Made by a program: the position numbers and the translations under genes
Notes under the pieces: model-generated
Databases searched by the model: none
What the model was told of the DNA's origin: nothing
Seen by the model: the letters and a program-made list of their open reading frames with translations, nothing else
Part shown: in pieces, positions 60,382 through 64,000 of the stretch
Layout: every line of letters begins with the position of its first letter
How positions within the stretch are numbered: the stretch's first letter is position 1
DNA from: Candidatus Sulfomarinibacteraceae bacterium
GTDB taxonomy: Bacteria; Acidobacteriota; Thermoanaerobaculia; Thermoanaerobaculales; Sulfomarinibacteraceae
NCBI GenBank assembly: GCA_963796455.1
Contig: CAWCLO010000004.1
Location: 288,001 to 352,000 of the forward strand
Direction of reading: 5' to 3'
Length of the DNA stretch: 64,000 nt

Positions 60382-61584
60382 ATGCGTCGTGTTTTTGTTG
60401 GAATCAGCCTTTGTCTCGTCTGTTTTGCGCACCCGGTATTTTCGCAGAGCAAGGATGAACAGTGCACCTCGGCAGTGATCACACCGGCGGGTTCGGCCAC
60501 CGGTGGACCGGTTTTGTGGAAGAACCGCGACACCAGCTTCCTTTCCAACAAGGTGCTCTTTGTTGACGAGGAACCCTACGACTATCTCTGTCTGTCCAAC
60601 GCCCACAGCTCTTCGGGCCGTTCCTGTTGGGTCGGTCTCAACAGCGCCGGTTTCGGCATCATGAACACGGTCGCATACAATTTGCCGAATCCGTCCGACG
60701 AGATGAAGGATCTCGAGGGCATCATCATGGCGGACGCCTTGCGGAGCTGCCGGACGATTGACGACTTCAAAGCCTATATCGAGGCCAACCTCGGTCCGGA
60801 GCTGGGAAGTCTCGCCAACTTCGGTGTCATCGATGGATCCGGGGACGCCATGCTCTTCGAGATCCACAACAACGGTTTCGAGACCGTCGACCCGGCGGCG
60901 GCAAGGAACAGTTGTCTGGTCAACACCAACTACGCCCGGACGGGCACTGAGGGTGCGGGTTCGGGTTATCTTCGCTTCGAGCGGGCGAGCGAGCTTTTCT
61001 CGACGCTCCCGGACGGGCCGGTGGACTTTCGGACCATTCTCACCCGGTTCAGCCGCGACACCGGCCACGTGCTGGTTGATCAGCCGACACCCTTCGAACT
61101 CGATCAAGTTCCCGGTGACGAGGAACTGTGGGTGAACACCCGTGACACCATCAACAAAGCATATACCTCGGCCACCGTGGTGCTGGTGGGCAGGAACCCC
61201 GATGAGCCGGAATCGGTTGCGACCATGTGGGTCATCCCCGGCGAGCCGGTGACGGCTATCGCTGTTCCATTGTGGGTGGAAGCGGGCGCGAGCCCGGAGC
61301 CGATGTGGAAGGGCGACGAGGCCCCCATGTGGGTGGAGTCTCAGCGGCTCAAGACCATGATTCGGCCCTTTGAAGAAGGCGGGAAGGAACACTATCTCTC
61401 GATGACGGTGCTCGACAACGCCGACGGAACGGGTTTTCTCCCGACTCTGCTCGGTGTTGAGGCCGAGATCATTGCCGAGACCGATGGGTTTCTCGCTCGG
61501 GGCCATAGCCCGGAGGAGTATCGAGCGTTTCAGGCCGAGATGGTCCAACGGGCCTACGACACCCTGTTCAGCATGGGCCGGTAG
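60382..61584 (+). CDS. Secreted Ntn-hydrolase (peptidase C45/C69-like)
   Basis: Signal peptide then CTSAVI nucleophile; WKNRD, GLNSAG..IMN, ANFGVID and TNY. Confidence 0.8.
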   Translation: MRRVFVGISLCLVCFAHPVFSQSKDEQCTSAVITPAGSATGGPVLWKNRDTSFLSNKVLFVDEEPYDYLCLSNAHSSSGRSCWVGLNSAGFGIMNTVAYNLPNPSDEMKDLEGIIMADALRSCRTIDDFKAYIEANLGPELGSLANFGVIDGSGDAMLFEIHNNGFETVDPAAARNSCLVNTNYARTGTEGAGSGYLRFERASELFSTLPDGPVDFRTILTRFSRDTGHVLVDQPTPFELDQVPGDEELWVNTRDTINKAYTSATVVLVGRNPDEPESVATMWVIPGEPVTAIAVPLWVEAGASPEPMWKGDEAPMWVESQRLKTMIRPFEEGGKEHYLSMTVLDNADGTGFLPTLLGVEAEIIAETDGFLARGHSPEEYRAFQAEMVQRAYDTLFSMGR

Positions 61585-61598
61585 TCCCCTTCCCCCCC

Positions 61599-62240
61599 AT
61601 GCCGTTTTTCGATCTGATCATCTTCGACCTCGACGGTACCCTGGTCGACTCGCGGGCCGATCTCGCGGCGGCCACCAATCGGGCCTTGCGCGATCTCGGG
61701 TTGCCTTCGCGGCCCGTCGAGGAAATCGTCGGGTTTGTCGGCGACGGGTTGCTGAAACTTCTGGAACGCGCCCTCGGAGGACCGGATCGGGTGGAGGAGG
61801 CACGCCCCCGTTTCGAGCACCATTACCGGGCCGGGTTGCTCGATCGCACCCTCCCGTATCCCGGCATCGACAATCTCGTTCGTGCTCTCGCTCGAGATCG
61901 GGTGCTCTCGGTGGCCAGCAACAAACCCGGTCCGATGGCGCGGGACCTGGTCGCCGGCCTCGGTTGGAGTTCCTGCATGCCACAGGTGGTCGGCGGAGGT
62001 GACGTCGCCGCACTGAAACCCGCCCCCGATATGGTGGAGCATTTGTGGGAGCGCACCGGGTGTCGAAGGGACCGGACCGTACTGGTCGGCGACATGGAGG
62101 TCGATTTCGAGTTGGCGCGAATTGTCGGCATCCCTTTTGTGGGCGTTGTCTGGGGTTTTGCCGGTGCGGAGCGCCTGCGGGGCGCCGGCGTAGATCGGAT
62201 CGCGACGACAGCCGATGATTTGGCTGACTTTCTAAAATGA
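61599..62240 (+). CDS. HAD hydrolase (phosphoglycolate phosphatase-like)
   Basis: DLDGTLVDS, SNKP, KPAP and VGD. Confidence 0.9.
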   Translation: MPFFDLIIFDLDGTLVDSRADLAAATNRALRDLGLPSRPVEEIVGFVGDGLLKLLERALGGPDRVEEARPRFEHHYRAGLLDRTLPYPGIDNLVRALARDRVLSVASNKPGPMARDLVAGLGWSSCMPQVVGGGDVAALKPAPDMVEHLWERTGCRRDRTVLVGDMEVDFELARIVGIPFVGVVWGFAGAERLRGAGVDRIATTADDLADFLK

Positions 62241-63242
62241 GATGATCATCGACAACGAAAAGGTCTTGATGACATCCGAAACATCGAAGCCGAGATCGAG
62301 CTGGAATTTCTTGAACGCGATACCGATACCTGCCGATCCGTGGACTGCACCACTCGTGGAGGAATCGAGCGTGATGGTGCGCCATCTTCCGGATTCGCCA
62401 TTGGGGTCGTACCAGATTCCGGCCCTCAGGGCGACGATGGGCGCGATCGACAAAAACGCCCATTCGCCACCGAGGTGTGGGCGAAACCTGCTGTCGTCGC
62501 CCGAAAAGTATTCGAGTTCGAAGGTCAGCATCGCATCGCCCGATCGGGATCGCCAACTGGTTCCCACGGCCGTGACATCGGGCAGCGAAACGACGACTTC
62601 GTCGTCAAATCGGAACTTTGAACCGCCCCGGTGGGAGAACCCGACCGACCACGACGGTGCAGGTTGCCAGATTCCTCCGAGGACAATTTCCGTGCTGGTG
62701 CTCGTGACCTCGGTTGGCGAGTCGAACGGCATCCCCGAAAGATCGTGTCTGAGAGCATCGTAGGCGGCGGTGACTCCAACCAGACCGGCGCCGAAACTCA
62801 GTTTGTCCGAGACCTTGTAGGCTCCGGAGAGACCGAGGTTTATGACGGCCAAACCGGTTGCAAATTCAATTTCATCCTCTGCCTGGATATTGCCGCCGAA
62901 ATCGATATTGGCCTGCGTCTGCCCATAAATCGCGAGCGCCCATTTGGTCCGCGGAAAAACAAATGACCCGAACCCGACCCCGGATGCATTGGTGACCGAA
63001 TCGTTGTTTTCAAATCCCCATCCCCTGAGCTCGAAAGAGATCTCCGGACGGGTCAGTTGAATCAGACCGGCGGGATTGGAATAGGCGGCTGTGGCATCGT
63101 CGGCGAGAGCCACAAAGGCACCACCGAGACCGAGGCTTCGCGCACCGGGATTGATGACGGGAGGCTCGATGACCTGCTGGCCGTAGACTCTGGCGCTCGC
63201 GGCGAGTCCAAGAACCACAATGAGAGTGATCGTTCGGCGAAT
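62232..63242 (-). CDS. FadL/OmpP1-like outer-membrane beta-barrel protein
   Basis: PGARSLGLGGAFVALADDATAAYSNPAGL; terminal Phe; apparent ATT start. Confidence 0.8.
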   Translation of the reverse strand: MRRTITLIVVLGLAASARVYGQQVIEPPVINPGARSLGLGGAFVALADDATAAYSNPAGLIQLTRPEISFELRGWGFENNDSVTNASGVGFGSFVFPRTKWALAIYGQTQANIDFGGNIQAEDEIEFATGLAVINLGLSGAYKVSDKLSFGAGLVGVTAAYDALRHDLSGMPFDSPTEVTSTSTEIVLGGIWQPAPSWSVGFSHRGGSKFRFDDEVVVSLPDVTAVGTSWRSRSGDAMLTFELEYFSGDDSRFRPHLGGEWAFLSIAPIVALRAGIWYDPNGESGRWRTITLDSSTSGAVHGSAGIGIAFKKFQLDLGFDVSDVIKTFSLSMIISF

Positions 63243-63443
63243 GGTTCTGCTCCTCCGAGAATAAACCGATCGGATGCACTGTCGATCCGGTTCTGAAGGT
63301 ACAGGCAGTCACGCGGGTCGACAAGGTCTCTACCGTTTCAGCGGGTGAATTGTTTCAAAGCCAGCGACGGATCGTCGCGCCGGAGCATTCTCGCTGGGTG
63401 GCGCGCCGCAATTATCCCGCCCTCATTCTGGTAGGCTTCGCAG

Positions 63444-64000
63444 ATGGAACTCAGCGTTTTCGATATCTTCAGAATCGGCATCGGGCCTTCGTCGTCTCAC
63501 ACGGTCGGCCCGATGCGGGCGGCCAAATTTCTGCTCGTCAAGCTTCGCAAACACGGTTTGTTCGAACGGGTGGCTCGAATCCGTGTCGACCTCTATGGTT
63601 CGCTCGCATCAACGGGTCGGGGGCACCACACCGACCTCGCGGTGGTCTGGGGTCTTCTCGGAGAAGAACCGGAGACGATCGAGCCGGATCAGCAAGGTCC
63701 GCTTTTCGAGGCGGTTGTTGCGTCGGGAGAGTTGCTTCTCGACGGTGAACGAGCGATTGAATACGTGCCGGATCGTGACATCGTTTTCAAACCCGACGAA
63801 CTCCTGCCATTCCATCCCAACGGAATGCTCTTCACGGTTTACGACACGGCGGGTGCCGAGATCTATGTCAAAGAGTTCTACTCCATCGGCGGCGGATTCA
63901 TCGTCGGGCACAAAACCGCTGAAGCCAACAACCTGATCAAAAACCCGATTCAGGTGGAACACCCCTTCAACTCGGGAGACGAGATTCTGGAGATCTCGGG
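63444..64000 (+). CDS. sdaA: L-serine dehydratase (Fe-S), 3'-partial
   Basis: MELSVFDIFRIGIGPSSSHTVGPMRAA, LYGSLASTGRGHHTD, HPNGM and YSIGGGF. Absent from the ORF track because it runs off the window. Confidence 0.95.
   Translation, partial: MELSVFDIFRIGIGPSSSHTVGPMRAAKFLLVKLRKHGLFERVARIRVDLYGSLASTGRGHHTDLAVVWGLLGEEPETIEPDQQGPLFEAVVASGELLLDGERAIEYVPDRDIVFKPDELLPFHPNGMLFTVYDTAGAEIYVKEFYSIGGGFIVGHKTAEANNLIKNPIQVEHPFNSGDEILEIS

Overview
GC-rich bacterial window with about 55 CDS. It is probably from Acidobacteriota (inference from an acidobacterial-type VWA protein, an Oar-like TonB-dependent receptor and proteins ending in 'DGFExG..S.W'). Recognisable genes include a KAS-MoxR-VWA-GATase cluster, two ECF sigma/anti-sigma pairs, aqpZ, napDAB divergent from a tetraheme cytochrome-NrfC-NrfD module, a CatA-like acetyltransferase, deoD, a frameshifted beta-CASP nuclease and a partial L-serine dehydratase. 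Three observations stand out. (1) A dispersed, transposase-free intergenic element family has about 7 copies with conserved ends and complementary low-complexity arms. Two copies carry a four-helix-bundle (IVP/Avd-like) gene whose RBS is enclosed in a covarying ~140-nt hairpin; the others are internally deleted. (2) A stand-alone gasdermin-like ORF (22150-22767) lacks the C-terminal inhibitory tail, any Cys and a neighbouring protease. (3) Two secreted proteins end in a 'DGFExG..S.W' tag, while another secreted protein (54585-55259) looks like the domain that normally follows that peptide but lacks it, suggesting a possible tag/catcher docking system. No rRNA, tRNA or CRISPR array was seen. 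All family calls come from motif recognition by eye, not from database searches.
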